Shown: positions 51,033-61,771, counted from the stretch's first letter. The stretch is DNA of 64,000 nt from Elusimicrobiota bacterium (GCA_036676805.1 JAKFCD010000004.1:17687-81686); one strand, 5' to 3'. Notes: generated by a model not told the origin, from the letters alone. Numbers and translations are program-made.

Positions 51033-52480
51033 CCCTTGAGCGCCGCGAAAGGCTTGAGCGCTTCGTAGGCCTTCGCCGCCGAGAGCAGCTTCTTTTCCTG
51101 GAACACATCCGAGATCAGCTGAAGACCGATGGGCAGCCCCGTCTTCGACAGCCCGCAAGGGATGGAGACGCTCGCGTTGCCCGCCATGTTGGAGGGGATG
51201 GTGAACACGTCCGACAGGTACATCGCGATCGGATCGCTCGTTTTCTCCCCGAAGCGAAATGGCGGGGTGGGCGTGGTGGGCGCGGCGATGAGGTCCACCT
51301 GCTTGAACGCTTCCTTAAAATCATTCGCCATGAGAGTGCGCACGCGCTGGGCCTTGGCGTAGTAGGCGTCGTAATAGCCCGACGACAGGGCGTAGGTGCC
51401 GAGCATGATGCGGCGCTTGACCTCGGCGCCGAAGCCCGCGCCGCGCGTCATCTCATAGACCTCGGTGAGGCTCGCCGCCCCCTTATCGACGAAGCCGTAG
51501 CGGATGCCGTCGAAGCGGGCCAGGTTGGAGGAGGCCTCGGACGGGGCGATGATGTAGTAGGCCGCGACCGCGTACTTCGTGTGCGGCAGGCTCACCGGCT
51601 TGATCTCGGCCCCGAGGGACTCAAGCGCGGCGACCGCGTCGCGCACCGACTTCTCGATCTCGGGATCGAGCCCTTCGATGAAATATTCTTTAGGCAGGCC
51701 GATTCGAAGCCCCTTGAGATCATCAGGAACCGCCGACGGCGACCCGGGCGCGTTCAAGGACGAGGTGCTGTCCTTCGGGTCGTGGCCGCCGATGACGGAC
51801 AGCGCGAGCTCCGCGTCCTCGACGGTGCGCGCGAAGGGGCCGATCTGGTCGAGCGAGGAGGCGAAGGCCACGAGGCCGTAGCGCGAGACCAGGCCGTAGG
51901 TCGGCTTGAGGCCGACGACGCCGCAGAACGCGGCGGGCTGGCGTATGGAGCCGCCGGTGTCGGAGCCGAGCGAGAACGAGCACATGCGCGCCGCCGCCGC
52001 CGCCGCCGAGCCGCCCGAGGAGCCGCCGGGCACGCAGGCATGATCCCAAGGGTTCGCGGTCTTCTGAAACGCCGAGTTTTCGGTCGAAGAGCCCATCGCG
52101 AACTCATCCAGATTCGTTTTGCCTATGATCACGGCATCGGCCTGTTCGAGGCGCCGAGTCACCGTCGCGTCGTACGCCGCGATGTGTCCCTTCAAGATCT
52201 TGGAGCCGCAGGTGGTCTCGACGCCTTTGAGCTGGATATTGTCTTTCAAGGCCACCGGCACGCCGGCCAGGGCCCCCAAGGTTCCCCCCTGCTTTCGTTT
52301 CAGATCGACGGCGCGCGCCCTCTCGAGCGCCCGGTCCTTGGTCACCGCGAGGAACGCCTTGATCGCGGCGTCGAGCTTCTCGATCCGGGCAAAATGGGAC
52401 AGCGCGACGGCCTCGGCCGTGACCTCCCCGCCGCGAACGGCGCCGGCGATCTGAGCGGCTGTCTTCTCGGTGATATCCAT
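51029..52480 (-). CDS. gatA: Glutamyl-tRNA(Gln) amidotransferase subunit A
   Basis: 483 aa from [10 protein letters not shown]. The amidase signature [12 protein letters not shown] is present. The Arg-rich upstream part of the 825-aa track ORF is rejected. TAATG overlap with the upstream TPR gene. Confidence 0.9.
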   Translation of the reverse strand: MDITEKTAAQIAGAVRGGEVTAEAVALSHFARIEKLDAAIKAFLAVTKDRALERARAVDLKRKQGGTLGALAGVPVALKDNIQLKGVETTCGSKILKGHIAAYDATVTRRLEQADAVIIGKTNLDEFAMGSSTENSAFQKTANPWDHACVPGGSSGGSAAAAAARMCSFSLGSDTGGSIRQPAAFCGVVGLKPTYGLVSRYGLVAFASSLDQIGPFARTVEDAELALSVIGGHDPKDSTSSLNAPGSPSAVPDDLKGLRIGLPKEYFIEGLDPEIEKSVRDAVAALESLGAEIKPVSLPHTKYAVAAYYIIAPSEASSNLARFDGIRYGFVDKGAASLTEVYEMTRGAGFGAEVKRRIMLGTYALSSGYYDAYYAKAQRVRTLMANDFKEAFKQVDLIAAPTTPTPPFRFGEKTSDPIAMYLSDVFTIPSNMAGNASVSIPCGLSKTGLPIGLQLISDVFQEKKLLSAAKAYEALKPFAALKG

Positions 52481-53706
52481 TATCGATCGATGAAGAGCGG
52501 CTCTTCCTCGCCGCTGTTGCGCAGCTCGGGCGGCTCCCGGCGCGGGCGCCGGGCCGGCGCCGCGTCCTTGGATTCCGGCTTGGCGGGAAGATCGTCGAGG
52601 TCGGTCTCGGGCGCCCGGACGCGGCGGGGAGCGGCGTCCTTCCCCTCTTTCTCGATGCTCACGCCGGGGCCGTCGTCGCCGAACGACGGCGCGTCGCGCT
52701 CGCGCGCGGGCGCCCGGCGCGGCGGGGCCGCCGCTTCGGGCGCGGGGGCCTCGGGCTCCTCGGCCTCCGGCTCCTCGTCGGCCTCGATGGCGTTGATGGC
52801 CGCGGTGATCTTGGCCCGGCGCTGCGGGTCGAGCTCGAGCGCCTTGCGCAGATCCGCGACGGCGCCGGCCTTGTCGCCCGTGAGCGCCCGCGTCTGGCCG
52901 CGGTTGGAGTAGGCGAGCCCCTTGCGCGGGTTCAACGCGATCACCTTGGTCAGGTCGGCGATGGCGCCGCGATAGTCGCCGAGGAGGAAGCGCACGTTGG
53001 AGCGCAGGTAGAACGAGTCCTCGTGGTCCTCGTTGGTCTCGACGAAGGCGGTGAACTCCGCCTCCGCGCCCCGGTAGTCCTTGAGCTCGCGCAGGGCCTT
53101 GCCGCGGTAGTAGCGGGCCCATACGAACTTCGGGTTGATCTCCAGGATGGAGCCGAAGTCCTCGGCCGCCCCGCGGAAGTCGCGCAGGCGGTCCTTGACC
53201 GAGCCGCGCATGAGCAAAGCGGCCGCCGAGCCGGGGTCGCGCTTGAGCGCCGTATTGAGCGCCGAGAGCGCCTCGCGCGGCTTGCCCAGCGCCGAGAGCG
53301 TGCTGCCCTCGCCGAGCGGGCCCTCGACCGAGCGGGCGTCCGCCGCCGAGGACGCGCGGAAGTCCGCCAGAGCGCCGGCGTAATCCTTGAGCACGAGGCG
53401 GGCCTTGCCCCGGGCGGCGAAGGACGCCGCGTCGTTGGGCCTGAGCTTGGCCGCGACCTCGGCGTCCTCGGCGGCCCCGGCGAGGTCGCCCAGCGTCCAG
53501 AGGCACGCGGCGCGAAAGCCCGCGCCCGTCTTCCAGCCCGGGAACGCCTCGAGCGCCGCGTCGAAGCGCGCGGAGGCCGAAGCGAGCTCGAGCTTGTGAT
53601 ACAGCCGGTTCGCCGCCGCGAGGTCGCGCTTGGCCTGGGCGCCGGGCGCCGCGCCCGAGGCGAGCGCCGGAGCGCAGAGGAGCAGCGCCGCCGGAAGGAG
53701 CCTCAC
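52480..53706 (-). CDS. Secreted TPR-repeat protein with an acidic, Pro-rich C-terminus
   Basis: 408 aa with a GTG start and the signal peptide [21 protein letters not shown], followed by multiple TPR motifs. It is inserted between gatC and gatA. Confidence 0.7.
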   Translation of the reverse strand: MRLLPAALLLCAPALASGAAPGAQAKRDLAAANRLYHKLELASASARFDAALEAFPGWKTGAGFRAACLWTLGDLAGAAEDAEVAAKLRPNDAASFAARGKARLVLKDYAGALADFRASSAADARSVEGPLGEGSTLSALGKPREALSALNTALKRDPGSAAALLMRGSVKDRLRDFRGAAEDFGSILEINPKFVWARYYRGKALRELKDYRGAEAEFTAFVETNEDHEDSFYLRSNVRFLLGDYRGAIADLTKVIALNPRKGLAYSNRGQTRALTGDKAGAVADLRKALELDPQRRAKITAAINAIEADEEPEAEEPEAPAPEAAAPPRRAPARERDAPSFGDDGPGVSIEKEGKDAAPRRVRAPETDLDDLPAKPESKDAAPARRPRREPPELRNSGEEEPLFIDR

Positions 53707-53990
53707 TCGATCACCTTCTTCACCTTGAAGTACGGGCCGTCGCGCTCGGGGGCGTTGGCGAGCAGGGCCTCCGCGTCCGCGAAGGGCTCGGGCTCGTCGT
53801 CCCGCATTACGTTCACGACGCCGAGAACCGAGGCCGTCGGCGCGACCGCGCTCGTGTCGACGGCGGCGAGCTCGGCCATCGAGTCGACGATCTTCGTCAG
53901 CTGCCCGCCGTACAGGGCGGCCTCGGCCTCGGTCAGGCGCAGGCGCGCGAGCTTGGCGATCTTCTTCACCTCGTCTTGCGAGACGCTCAT
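53703..53990 (-). CDS. gatC: Asp/Glu-tRNA amidotransferase subunit C
   Basis: 95 aa from [24 protein letters not shown]. It overlaps the uvrD-family gene stop by ATGA. Confidence 0.85.
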   Translation of the reverse strand: MSVSQDEVKKIAKLARLRLTEAEAALYGGQLTKIVDSMAELAAVDTSAVAPTASVLGVVNVMRDDEPEPFADAEALLANAPERDGPYFKVKKVIE

Positions 53991-56167
53991 GCGGGCTCCA
54001 GGGGCGCGTAGCGGGTGAGCAGCTTGGCCACGCGCCCGTCGTCGAATCTCACCGTCACCTTCATCGTGTCGCCGGCGCCGGATATCTCGGCGACGATCCC
54101 GCGGCCGAACTGCGGGTGCTTCACGCGCTGGCCGTTCTTGAAGCCGGTCGCAGCAGCTCGCACGACCGGCACGGGGGCCGAGCCGACCGAGCCATAAGGC
54201 GAGGAAGTGCCGCTTCCACTCGCCGTTGCAGAGCGGCCGAATAATTTGGCCTCGATGATGAAGCGCGAGGGCAGGCTCGCGTAGACCTGGCCGAACAGGC
54301 GGCGCGTGGCGGCGTAGGTCAGGTACAGGCGCTCGCGGGCGCGGGTGATGCCGACATAGCACAGCCGGCGCTCCTCCTCCAGATCCTCCGGGGTCGCGTT
54401 GCCCCCGCCGATCGGGAACAGGCCCTCCTCGAGGCCGGTCAGGAACACGACGGGGTACTCGAGGCCCTTGGCGAGGTGGATCGTCATCAAGGTCACCGCG
54501 GGCGTGTTCTCGTCGTAGTCGTCGAGGCCGGTCTGCAGGGCGACCTCCTCGAGGTAGGTCGCCAGGCTGCTCACGCGCCCCGCCTGCTTCTCCTTGTCGT
54601 CGTACTCCTTGACGGCGTTGAGCAGCTCCTGAAGGTTGGCCAGGCGCCCCGCGGCCTCGGGGTCGTGCTCCATCTCGGACTCGATCCAGGCCCAGTAGCC
54701 CGTCTGCTCGAAGATGAGGGCCATAGCACCCCCGGCGGGCATGGTCTCGGTCGTCTCGCGCAGCTTGTCGAGCGTCTGCGTGAAGTCGCTGAAGGCGGAA
54801 TGCGCCTTGGATCCGAGCCCGTCGATCTGCCCGTGCGCCCAGAAAGCGTCCCACAGGGAGAGGTTGTGCGCGGCCGCGTAGTTCTCGGCGAGCTCGAGGC
54901 TTTTGGCGCCCAGGCCGCGCGGCGGGCAGTTGATGACGCGGTCGAGCGAGACCGAGTCGCGCTTGTTGACGACGACGCGCGCGTAGGCCATCGCGTCCTT
55001 GATCTCCTTGCGCTCGTAGAAGCGCATGGCGCCGACGATCTTGTAGGGAATGCGCGCCCGGCGCATCGCCTCCTCGAACGAGCGCGACTGGGCGTTCGTG
55101 CGGTAGAACACCGCCGCGTCCTTGAGCGAGCGGCCCGCCTGCACCTCGTCCTGGATGCGGCGCACGACGTAGGTCGCCTCCTCGTGCTCGTTGGGCAGCT
55201 CCTGCACGCGGACCTCGTCGCCGGGAGGGGCCTGCGTCCAGAGCTTCTTGGATTTGCGCGTCTTGTTGTGATGGATCACCAGGGCGGCGGCGTCGAGGAT
55301 ACGAGCCGTTGATCTGTAGTTCTGCTCCAAGGTCACGACCATGGTGTTGGGAAAATCGCGCTCGAACTCAAGGATGTTGCGGATGTTGGCGCCTCGCCAG
55401 GAGTAGATGGACTGGTCGTCGTCGCCCACGACGCAGACATTCTTGTGTTTCGCCGCCAAGGTCTTCGTGAGGATGTACTGGGCGTGATTGGTGTCCTGAT
55501 ACTCGTCGACCAGCAGGTGCGTGAAGTGCGCCTGCCACTTCTCGCGGACCTCCGGATGGTCCCTCAAGAGCTGGCAAGTCTTCAACAACAAGTCCCCGAA
55601 GTCGAGCGCCCCCGCCTTGTTCAGCTTGTTCTCGTAGACCTTGTAGATCTTCGCCGCCGTCTGCCGGCTTTGATCGATCGAGGCCATCGCGTGGATCTCG
55701 TAGGAGCCGGCGTCGAGCAGGTCGTCCTTGGCGCGCGAGATGATGTTTACGAACAGGCCGGCCTTGGACTTCTGGTCCTCGAGGCCGAGCTCCTTCATCG
55801 CCTCGTTGACGAGCTTCTTCTGGTCGCTCTGGTCGTAGATCGTGAAGTGGCGGGGAAGACCCAGCTCGACATGATGCATCCGCACGAGCTTGGCGCAGAA
55901 GGAGTGGAAGGTGAAGGCCCAGACGAGCGCGCCCTTGCCGGGTGCGAGCTCCTCGAGGCGCCGGCGCATCTCGCCGGCCGCCTTGTTGGTGAAGGTCACC
56001 GCGAGGATGCGGTCCGGGGATATGCCCGTCTCGATCAGCCGGGCGATCCGGTACGTGATGACCCGGGTCTTGCCCGTGCCCGCTCCGGCGAGCACCAGCA
56101 GGGCGCCGTCCAGGTGCGTCGCCCCGGCGCGCTGCTCGGGGTTGAGCTTTTCGAGATCGACGCCCAT
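53987..56167 (-). CDS. UvrD/PcrA-family ATP-dependent DNA helicase
   Basis: 726 aa from MGVDLEKLNPEQRAG. Walker A GAGTGKTRV, DEYQDTN and helicase motifs I-VI are present, with a C-terminal Tudor/UvrD_C-like end. The upstream 190 codons of the track ORF are rejected as Arg/Gly-rich. Confidence 0.9.
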   Translation of the reverse strand: MGVDLEKLNPEQRAGATHLDGALLVLAGAGTGKTRVITYRIARLIETGISPDRILAVTFTNKAAGEMRRRLEELAPGKGALVWAFTFHSFCAKLVRMHHVELGLPRHFTIYDQSDQKKLVNEAMKELGLEDQKSKAGLFVNIISRAKDDLLDAGSYEIHAMASIDQSRQTAAKIYKVYENKLNKAGALDFGDLLLKTCQLLRDHPEVREKWQAHFTHLLVDEYQDTNHAQYILTKTLAAKHKNVCVVGDDDQSIYSWRGANIRNILEFERDFPNTMVVTLEQNYRSTARILDAAALVIHHNKTRKSKKLWTQAPPGDEVRVQELPNEHEEATYVVRRIQDEVQAGRSLKDAAVFYRTNAQSRSFEEAMRRARIPYKIVGAMRFYERKEIKDAMAYARVVVNKRDSVSLDRVINCPPRGLGAKSLELAENYAAAHNLSLWDAFWAHGQIDGLGSKAHSAFSDFTQTLDKLRETTETMPAGGAMALIFEQTGYWAWIESEMEHDPEAAGRLANLQELLNAVKEYDDKEKQAGRVSSLATYLEEVALQTGLDDYDENTPAVTLMTIHLAKGLEYPVVFLTGLEEGLFPIGGGNATPEDLEEERRLCYVGITRARERLYLTYAATRRLFGQVYASLPSRFIIEAKLFGRSATASGSGTSSPYGSVGSAPVPVVRAAATGFKNGQRVKHPQFGRGIVAEISGAGDTMKVTVRFDDGRVAKLLTRYAPLEPA

Positions 56168-56172
56168 GCGGG

Positions 56173-58317
56173 TCAGCGCGAGCCGACGGCCTCCCGCTTC
56201 GGGGCGTACAGCAGGTTGCAATAGTCCTTGACCATGCGGTCGGCGCCGTACTCCGAGGCGACGGAGCGGATCGACTCCTTCATGACCTTGACCCAGCCCC
56301 GGGGGATGCCGTGCTCGTCGCGGTCGTAATAAAGCGGCACGATCTTCTCCTCGAGCGTGCGGTAGATGTCCTCGGCGTCGGCCTTGTCGGCCTCCGGCCC
56401 GGCCCCGCGTCCGCCGGCCTGGCCGATCGGCCAGCCGTTGCCGGCGTTGAAGCCCTCCTCCCACCAGCCGTCGAGCACCGAGAAGTTGGGCACGCCGTTG
56501 GCCCCGGCCTTCTCGCCGGAGGTGCCGCAGGCCTCGAGGGGTGCCAACGGGTTGTTGAGCCACATGTCGACGCCCTGGACCAGATATCTCGCCACGTGCA
56601 TGTCGTAGTCCTCGATGAAGGCGATGCGGCCGCCGAACTCGGGGTTCTTGGCGAGCTGATAGACCTGCTGAATAAGGGCCTTGCCGCCGTCGTCGGCCGG
56701 ATGGGCCTTGCCCGCGAACACGAGCTGGACGGGGCGCCATGGGTCGAACAGCATTTTTTTAAGACGCGGAAGGTCGCTGAGGATCAGGGTCGCGCGCTTG
56801 TAGCTCGCGAAGCGCCGGGCGAAGCCGATGACGAGGGCCGGATGGTCGAGCAGCGCGCCGCTGGCCAGGACCTGCGCGGGGTCGTGCTTCTCCTTCATCC
56901 ACCGCGCGCGGGCGCGGGCGCGCGCCAGCTGCAGCAGCGCGCTCTTGTTCCGGTTGTGCTGGAGCCAGAGCACCTCGTCGGGGATCGACGCGACCTTCGA
57001 CCACACCGCCTGGTCGTCCTGGCGCACGCGCCAGTCGGCCCCGAGGTAGCGGTCGTACACCTCGCCGAGCTCCTGGTTGACCCAGGTCGGCAGGTGCACG
57101 CCGTTGGTGACGTGCGCGATCGGGATCTCGTTCTCGGGCAAGGAAGGCCAAAGAGACTTCCACATCTCGCGGGAGACCTGGCCGTGGCGGCGGCTGACGG
57201 CGTTGCGGCGGGAGGCGATCTTCAGCGAAAGCGCGGTCATGTTCCAGCCGGTGTGGCCGGGGACGCGCGCGAAGTCCATGAAGCGCTCGCGGTCGACGCC
57301 GAGCTGGGGCCAGTAGGACGAGAAGTACTCCGCGATCATCTCCTCGGCGAACACGTCGTGGCCGGCCTCGACGGGGGTGTGGGTCGTGAACACGGCGTTC
57401 TCCCCGACCTGGCGCAGGGCCTCATCGAGAGGGGTCCCGCCGGCGACCTTTTCGCGGGCGAGCTCCAGGAACAAGAACGAGGAGTGGCCCTCGTTGGCGT
57501 GGAATACCGCCGGGTGCACGCCGAGGGCGCGCAGCACGCGCACGCCGCCGATGCCGAGGATGATCTCCTGGCGCAGGCGCATGGTGCGGTCTCCGCCGTA
57601 CAGGCGGCCGGAGATCTCGCGATCGAGGGGCGAGTTGCCGTCGACGTTGGTGTCCATCAGGAACAGGGGCACGCGGCCGACCTGGACCTTCCACACGGCG
57701 ACTTTAATAGTTCCGCGGCCGAGGGGAATATCGAGCAGCATGCGCCCGCCCGACGGGCCGAAGACGGGCCGCACCGGAGAGACGTCCCAGTTGACCGACT
57801 CGTAGACGTTCTGCTGCCAGCCGTCGGAGGACATCTTCTGGACGACGTAGCCCTCGGGATACATGAAGCCGACGCCGACGAGGGGCACGCCCAGGTCGGA
57901 GGCGGACTTGCAGTGGTCGCCGGCGAGGATGCCCAGGCCGCCGGAGTAGATCTTCAGCGAGTTGTGGACGCCGAACTCGGCCGAGAAGTAGCCGATGTTC
58001 TTGCCCTTCATGTCGGGGTGGCTCTGGGCGAACCAGGTCTGGTCCGTGGTCATGTAGCGGTCGAAGGCGGCGATGACCGCGTCGAGCCGGGCCTGGAAGC
58101 CGGCGTCGGCGGCCAGCATCTCGAGGCGGGCCGGAGGGCAGCTGCGCAGCAGGGAAACGGGGTTGTGGTGCATCTCCGCCCACAAGGTGAGGTCGATCTC
58201 CTTGAACAGGGCGCGGGCTTCGGGATGCCAGCTCCACCAGAGGTTGTACGCCAGGTCTTTGAGGCGCGCGAGCCGAGGCGGGAGCTGCCAGTCGTTATAC
58301 GAGTCGGTGATTACCAT
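56173..58317 (-). CDS. Alpha-glucan family phosphorylase (GT35, glycogen/maltodextrin phosphorylase-like)
   Basis: About 714 aa from MVITDSYNDW (alternative TTG at 58353). The GT35 motif reads GGLGILAGDHCKSASDLG. Confidence 0.85.
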   Translation of the reverse strand: MVITDSYNDWQLPPRLARLKDLAYNLWWSWHPEARALFKEIDLTLWAEMHHNPVSLLRSCPPARLEMLAADAGFQARLDAVIAAFDRYMTTDQTWFAQSHPDMKGKNIGYFSAEFGVHNSLKIYSGGLGILAGDHCKSASDLGVPLVGVGFMYPEGYVVQKMSSDGWQQNVYESVNWDVSPVRPVFGPSGGRMLLDIPLGRGTIKVAVWKVQVGRVPLFLMDTNVDGNSPLDREISGRLYGGDRTMRLRQEIILGIGGVRVLRALGVHPAVFHANEGHSSFLFLELAREKVAGGTPLDEALRQVGENAVFTTHTPVEAGHDVFAEEMIAEYFSSYWPQLGVDRERFMDFARVPGHTGWNMTALSLKIASRRNAVSRRHGQVSREMWKSLWPSLPENEIPIAHVTNGVHLPTWVNQELGEVYDRYLGADWRVRQDDQAVWSKVASIPDEVLWLQHNRNKSALLQLARARARARWMKEKHDPAQVLASGALLDHPALVIGFARRFASYKRATLILSDLPRLKKMLFDPWRPVQLVFAGKAHPADDGGKALIQQVYQLAKNPEFGGRIAFIEDYDMHVARYLVQGVDMWLNNPLAPLEACGTSGEKAGANGVPNFSVLDGWWEEGFNAGNGWPIGQAGGRGAGPEADKADAEDIYRTLEEKIVPLYYDRDEHGIPRGWVKVMKESIRSVASEYGADRMVKDYCNLLYAPKREAVGSR

Positions 58318-58402
58318 AAAATTGATTCTACCTATTATCGACGGGCGGTCCAAGGCCGATTGGGGCCTTGACGGCGGAGGCGGGGAGGACTATCCTGTCG
58401 TC

Positions 58403-59107
58403 GTGCGCGCGCTCGCCTTGGCCCTGCTCCTCGCCGTTCCCGCCTCCTCCCAGGAAGAGGAGGCCGGCCTGGCCGCCCAGCAGGCCCGGGAGCAGATCGA
58501 CGCCCTGCCCGCGCAGGCGCGCGTCGAGCTCAAGAAGATGTATCGCCGCTACAAGGACGCCGTCGCGCGCAAGCTCGAGGCCGGCTGGCGGCCGAGGGTG
58601 CTCAGCGAGGCCGTCATCGAGGACGTCGACGAGCCCTTCCAGCCCGCCCGTCTGGTGGGGGGCATGATCGACCGGCGTAAAAAGGAGATCGCCGAGTTCC
58701 AGGAGGCGCTCAACGAGCTCAAGGACGGAGACTACCGCAAGGAAAAGCGCCTGCGCGCCGCGTTGTCGGCCAAGCGCGAGGAGCTCGCGTCCTTGGTCTC
58801 GATGGACCGGCGCGAAAAGGGGCTGTGCCGCGACTGGTCGGACCTGATCTGGTCGGAGTTCACGGCCATGGAGCTCGAATATTGGGGCGCGCGCGACGAG
58901 CGGCGGGCGACGAGGCCCTACCACACCGCCGCCGTGGCCTGCTCGCCGGCGGAATCGCCCACGGTGTGCCTGGCCTTCGACCCTTGGGAGGACGGCCGCC
59001 CCAACGTCTACGCCTACCGGGCCTGGGACGAGTCGGCCCCCGGGGGCCGCTTCCCGACCGTGTACCTGCTCCACGGCCTGCCCGACCGGGCCGGAAAGGC
59101 CCCGTGA
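58403..59107 (+). CDS. Secreted hypothetical protein with a coiled-coil-rich N-terminal half
   Basis: About 234 aa from the GTG at 58403 (VRALALALLLAVPASSQEEE signal peptide). The start is uncertain and no domain is recognised. Confidence 0.4.
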   Translation: MRALALALLLAVPASSQEEEAGLAAQQAREQIDALPAQARVELKKMYRRYKDAVARKLEAGWRPRVLSEAVIEDVDEPFQPARLVGGMIDRRKKEIAEFQEALNELKDGDYRKEKRLRAALSAKREELASLVSMDRREKGLCRDWSDLIWSEFTAMELEYWGARDERRATRPYHTAAVACSPAESPTVCLAFDPWEDGRPNVYAYRAWDESAPGGRFPTVYLLHGLPDRAGKAP

Positions 59108-59751
59108 CCGCCACGGCTCTCCCCCTCCTCGCCCGCCTCGGCGAGGCGGCCAGCTACCCGGCGGGAGTCCGAAGCTACGAGACCGATCCCTGGAGCTACA
59201 TGCGCCGCAAGCTGGACGACTGCGCGGGCCCCCTGCGGGAATACAAGCGCTCCCTGTACGAGCAGGCCACCGCCCGCCTGCTCGAGGATCTCCGGGAGAC
59301 CTTCCTCAAGCCCGGCGCGCTGATGGACCATAAGGAAACCTTCGAGAAGCTCCTCACGCCCGACGTCTACGCCGATCTTTCCTTCCACCTCGACCCGGGC
59401 GGCGACCCGGCGACCCGGCGCGACGCGGTCAAGGAGCTCCTCGCCGGCGGCAAGGTCAAGACCCTCTTCGACACCGAGGCCCTGCCGCCCGAGCGCCGGG
59501 GCAAGCCCTGGCAGACCATGGTCGCCGACGCCGCGAGCCGCCTGGAGCTCGACCAACTCAAGGCGCTGCTCGACCGCGCCCCCCGGACCGAGCGGCGGCG
59601 CGCCTATGTCGTGCGCCGCGCGCGGCGCAACTTCGCGGAGTTCATGACGGTCACCCGCGGTGAGGCGGGCATGCGCGAGGAGATCACCCTGTTCGTCCTG
59701 ACCCGCGTCGAGGCGGCGGTCGCGGCGCTGCTGCGCTTCCTCAACGCCTAG
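59104..59751 (+). CDS. Hypothetical protein
   Basis: 215 aa with a GTG start overlapping the upstream stop (GTGA). It is high-GC in codon position 3 and no domain is recognised. Confidence 0.4.
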   Translation: MTATALPLLARLGEAASYPAGVRSYETDPWSYMRRKLDDCAGPLREYKRSLYEQATARLLEDLRETFLKPGALMDHKETFEKLLTPDVYADLSFHLDPGGDPATRRDAVKELLAGGKVKTLFDTEALPPERRGKPWQTMVADAASRLELDQLKALLDRAPRTERRRAYVVRRARRNFAEFMTVTRGEAGMREEITLFVLTRVEAAVAALLRFLNA

Positions 59752-60713
59752 CCGACGGCGTAGGGCGAGCGGGCACCGCAGATCAGGGCGTCGACGAGGG
59801 CCGACGCCGCCATCACGCCCATCTTCCTGCGCGTCTCGAGGGTGGCCGAGGCCAGGTGGGGCGCCAGGACGGCGTTGCGGCAGGCGGCCAGGCCGGGCGC
59901 CATCTTCGGCTCCCATTCGTACACGTCGAGGCCGGCGCCGCGGATCCGGTCCGACTTGAGGGCGCGCACGAGCGCCTTCTCGTCGACGATCGGGCCGCGG
60001 GCGGCGTTGATCAGGCAGGCCGACTTCTTCATCAAGCCGAAGGCCCGGTCGTCGAGCAGGTGGCGCGTGCCCTCGTCGAGCACGGTATGGACCGAGACGT
60101 AATCGGACTCGCGCAGCAGTTCGTCGAGCGGCACGAACTTCGCGTTGAGCGCCGCCTCCGCCTCGGGCGCCGCCCGGCGCGTGTCGTAATACAGCACGCG
60201 CATGGAGAAGCCTCCCGCGCGCTTGGCCACGGCCTGGCCGATGCGGCCGAAGCCGATGATCCCGAGCGTCTTTCCGAACACGTCCGTGCCGAGCAGCATC
60301 AGAGGGTCCCAACCCTTGTATTTCCCGCCGCGCATGTACGCGTCACCTTCGACGACGCGGCGCGCCGCCGCCATCAAGAGGGCCCAGGTGAAGTCCGCGG
60401 TGGACTCGGTCAGCACGCCGGGCGTGTTGGTCACGGCCACGCCGCGCGCCTTGCACGCGGGCACGTCGATGTGGTCGTAGCCGACGGAAAACGTCGAGAC
60501 CGCCTTGAGCTTAGGCCCCGCGGCCAGCAGCTCGGAGTCGATCTTGTCGGTGAGCAGGCACAGCAGGCCTTCCTTGTCCTTGACGCCCTTGAGCAGCCGC
60601 TTTCGCGGGATCGCGGTCCCCTTATTATAGTGCTCGACGGCGAAATGCTTCTTCAAAAGGTCGAGGCACTCCTGCGGGACGCGGCGCGTGACGAGGACCT
60701 TGGGCTTGCTCAT
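59748..60713 (-). CDS. D-isomer-specific 2-hydroxyacid dehydrogenase (glyoxylate/hydroxypyruvate reductase-like)
   Basis: 321 aa from MSKPKVLVTRRVP. The Rossmann motif GIIGFGRIGQAVA and the catalytic His region are present. Confidence 0.85.
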   Translation of the reverse strand: MSKPKVLVTRRVPQECLDLLKKHFAVEHYNKGTAIPRKRLLKGVKDKEGLLCLLTDKIDSELLAAGPKLKAVSTFSVGYDHIDVPACKARGVAVTNTPGVLTESTADFTWALLMAAARRVVEGDAYMRGGKYKGWDPLMLLGTDVFGKTLGIIGFGRIGQAVAKRAGGFSMRVLYYDTRRAAPEAEAALNAKFVPLDELLRESDYVSVHTVLDEGTRHLLDDRAFGLMKKSACLINAARGPIVDEKALVRALKSDRIRGAGLDVYEWEPKMAPGLAACRNAVLAPHLASATLETRRKMGVMAASALVDALICGARSPYAVG

Positions 60714-60748
60714 GCCGGCGATTATAGCAGAAGTGCTAAAATCCCCTC

Positions 60749-61771
60749 GTGACACTCCGGATCGGAGGCCTCAATCTCCCGTCGAAGATCATCCAGTCCC
60801 CTCTCGCCGCCTGCTCCGACCTGCCGTTCCGGCTGATCGGGCGGGAGAAGGGGCTCGGGTTCTGCTACCTGGAGATGATCTCGGCGCAGTCGCTGACGCG
60901 CGAGAACGCCAAGACCCGGCGCATGCTCAACACCTTGCCCGCGGACAAGCCTCTGGGCGCGCAGCTGCTCGGCTGCGATCCGGGCATGATGGCCGAAGCC
61001 GCGACCATACTCGTCGAGATGGGCTTCGACCTCATCGACATGAACCTCGGCTGCCCGGTCAAGAAGGTCGTCGGCAACGGCGAGGGCTCCGCGATGCTGA
61101 AGAATCCCGGCGGGGCGGAAAAGGTGTTCCGCGCGGTGCGCGACGCCCTGCCGTCGAGAATCCCCGTCACGATGAAAACGCGGAAGGGCTTTCAGGATCC
61201 GTCCGGCGTCGAGGCCGTCGAGCTCGCCAAGCGCGCCGAGGGCGCGGGCCTGTCCGCCGTCACGATCCACGGCCGCACCCAGGCCCAGGGCTACGCCGGC
61301 CGGTCGGACTGGGAGGCGATCGGCCGCGTGAAGGCGGCGGTCAAGATCCCGATCATCGGCAACGGCGACGTGCTGACCGCCGCCGACGCCAAGCGGCTGT
61401 TCGAAGTCTCGGGCTGCGACGGCATCATGATCGGCCGCGGCGGGCTGGGCAACCCGTGGATCTACAAGAATCTGGATCGCGGCATCGAGGGGAACGCCGA
61501 GGCGTACGTCCCATCGGTGGCCGAGCGCAAGCAGACGCTCCTCAAGCACTTCTCGCTCGAGCGCCGGCTCCTCGGCGACCGCCAGGCCGCGCTGAACATG
61601 CGCCGCATCACGGTCTGGTACACCCAGGGCCTGCCCCGCAACAAGGTCATGCGCGTCGGCGTCTGCTCGACGATGGATTGCGACGAGATCGTCCGTCTGA
61701 TTTCGGAGTTCTTCGACCAGCTCCCCGCGGACGCCCCTCCCCCGTCGGTCCCCATCCTGCTCGCCGAATAG
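60749..61771 (+). CDS. tRNA-dihydrouridine synthase (Dus family, DusB-like)
   Basis: 340 aa with a GTG start. It has a TIM barrel with LGCPVKKV and a C-terminal helical domain. Confidence 0.85.
   Translation: MTLRIGGLNLPSKIIQSPLAACSDLPFRLIGREKGLGFCYLEMISAQSLTRENAKTRRMLNTLPADKPLGAQLLGCDPGMMAEAATILVEMGFDLIDMNLGCPVKKVVGNGEGSAMLKNPGGAEKVFRAVRDALPSRIPVTMKTRKGFQDPSGVEAVELAKRAEGAGLSAVTIHGRTQAQGYAGRSDWEAIGRVKAAVKIPIIGNGDVLTAADAKRLFEVSGCDGIMIGRGGLGNPWIYKNLDRGIEGNAEAYVPSVAERKQTLLKHFSLERRLLGDRQAALNMRRITVWYTQGLPRNKVMRVGVCSTMDCDEIVRLISEFFDQLPADAPPPSVPILLAE

Noticed and set aside
53987-56167. UvrD-family helicase as a possible Gabija-like (GajB) defence component
   Set aside because: It is full-length (726 aa) with all UvrD/PcrA motifs and lies in a housekeeping context (coupled to gatC). 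No GajA-like OLD/ATPase-Toprim partner is adjacent. It is more consistent with the chromosomal repair helicase.
56311-58371. 686-aa + strand ORF antisense to the alpha-glucan phosphorylase
   Set aside because: GC-frame artefact. The minus strand carries the GT35 motif GGLGILAGDHCKSASDLG.
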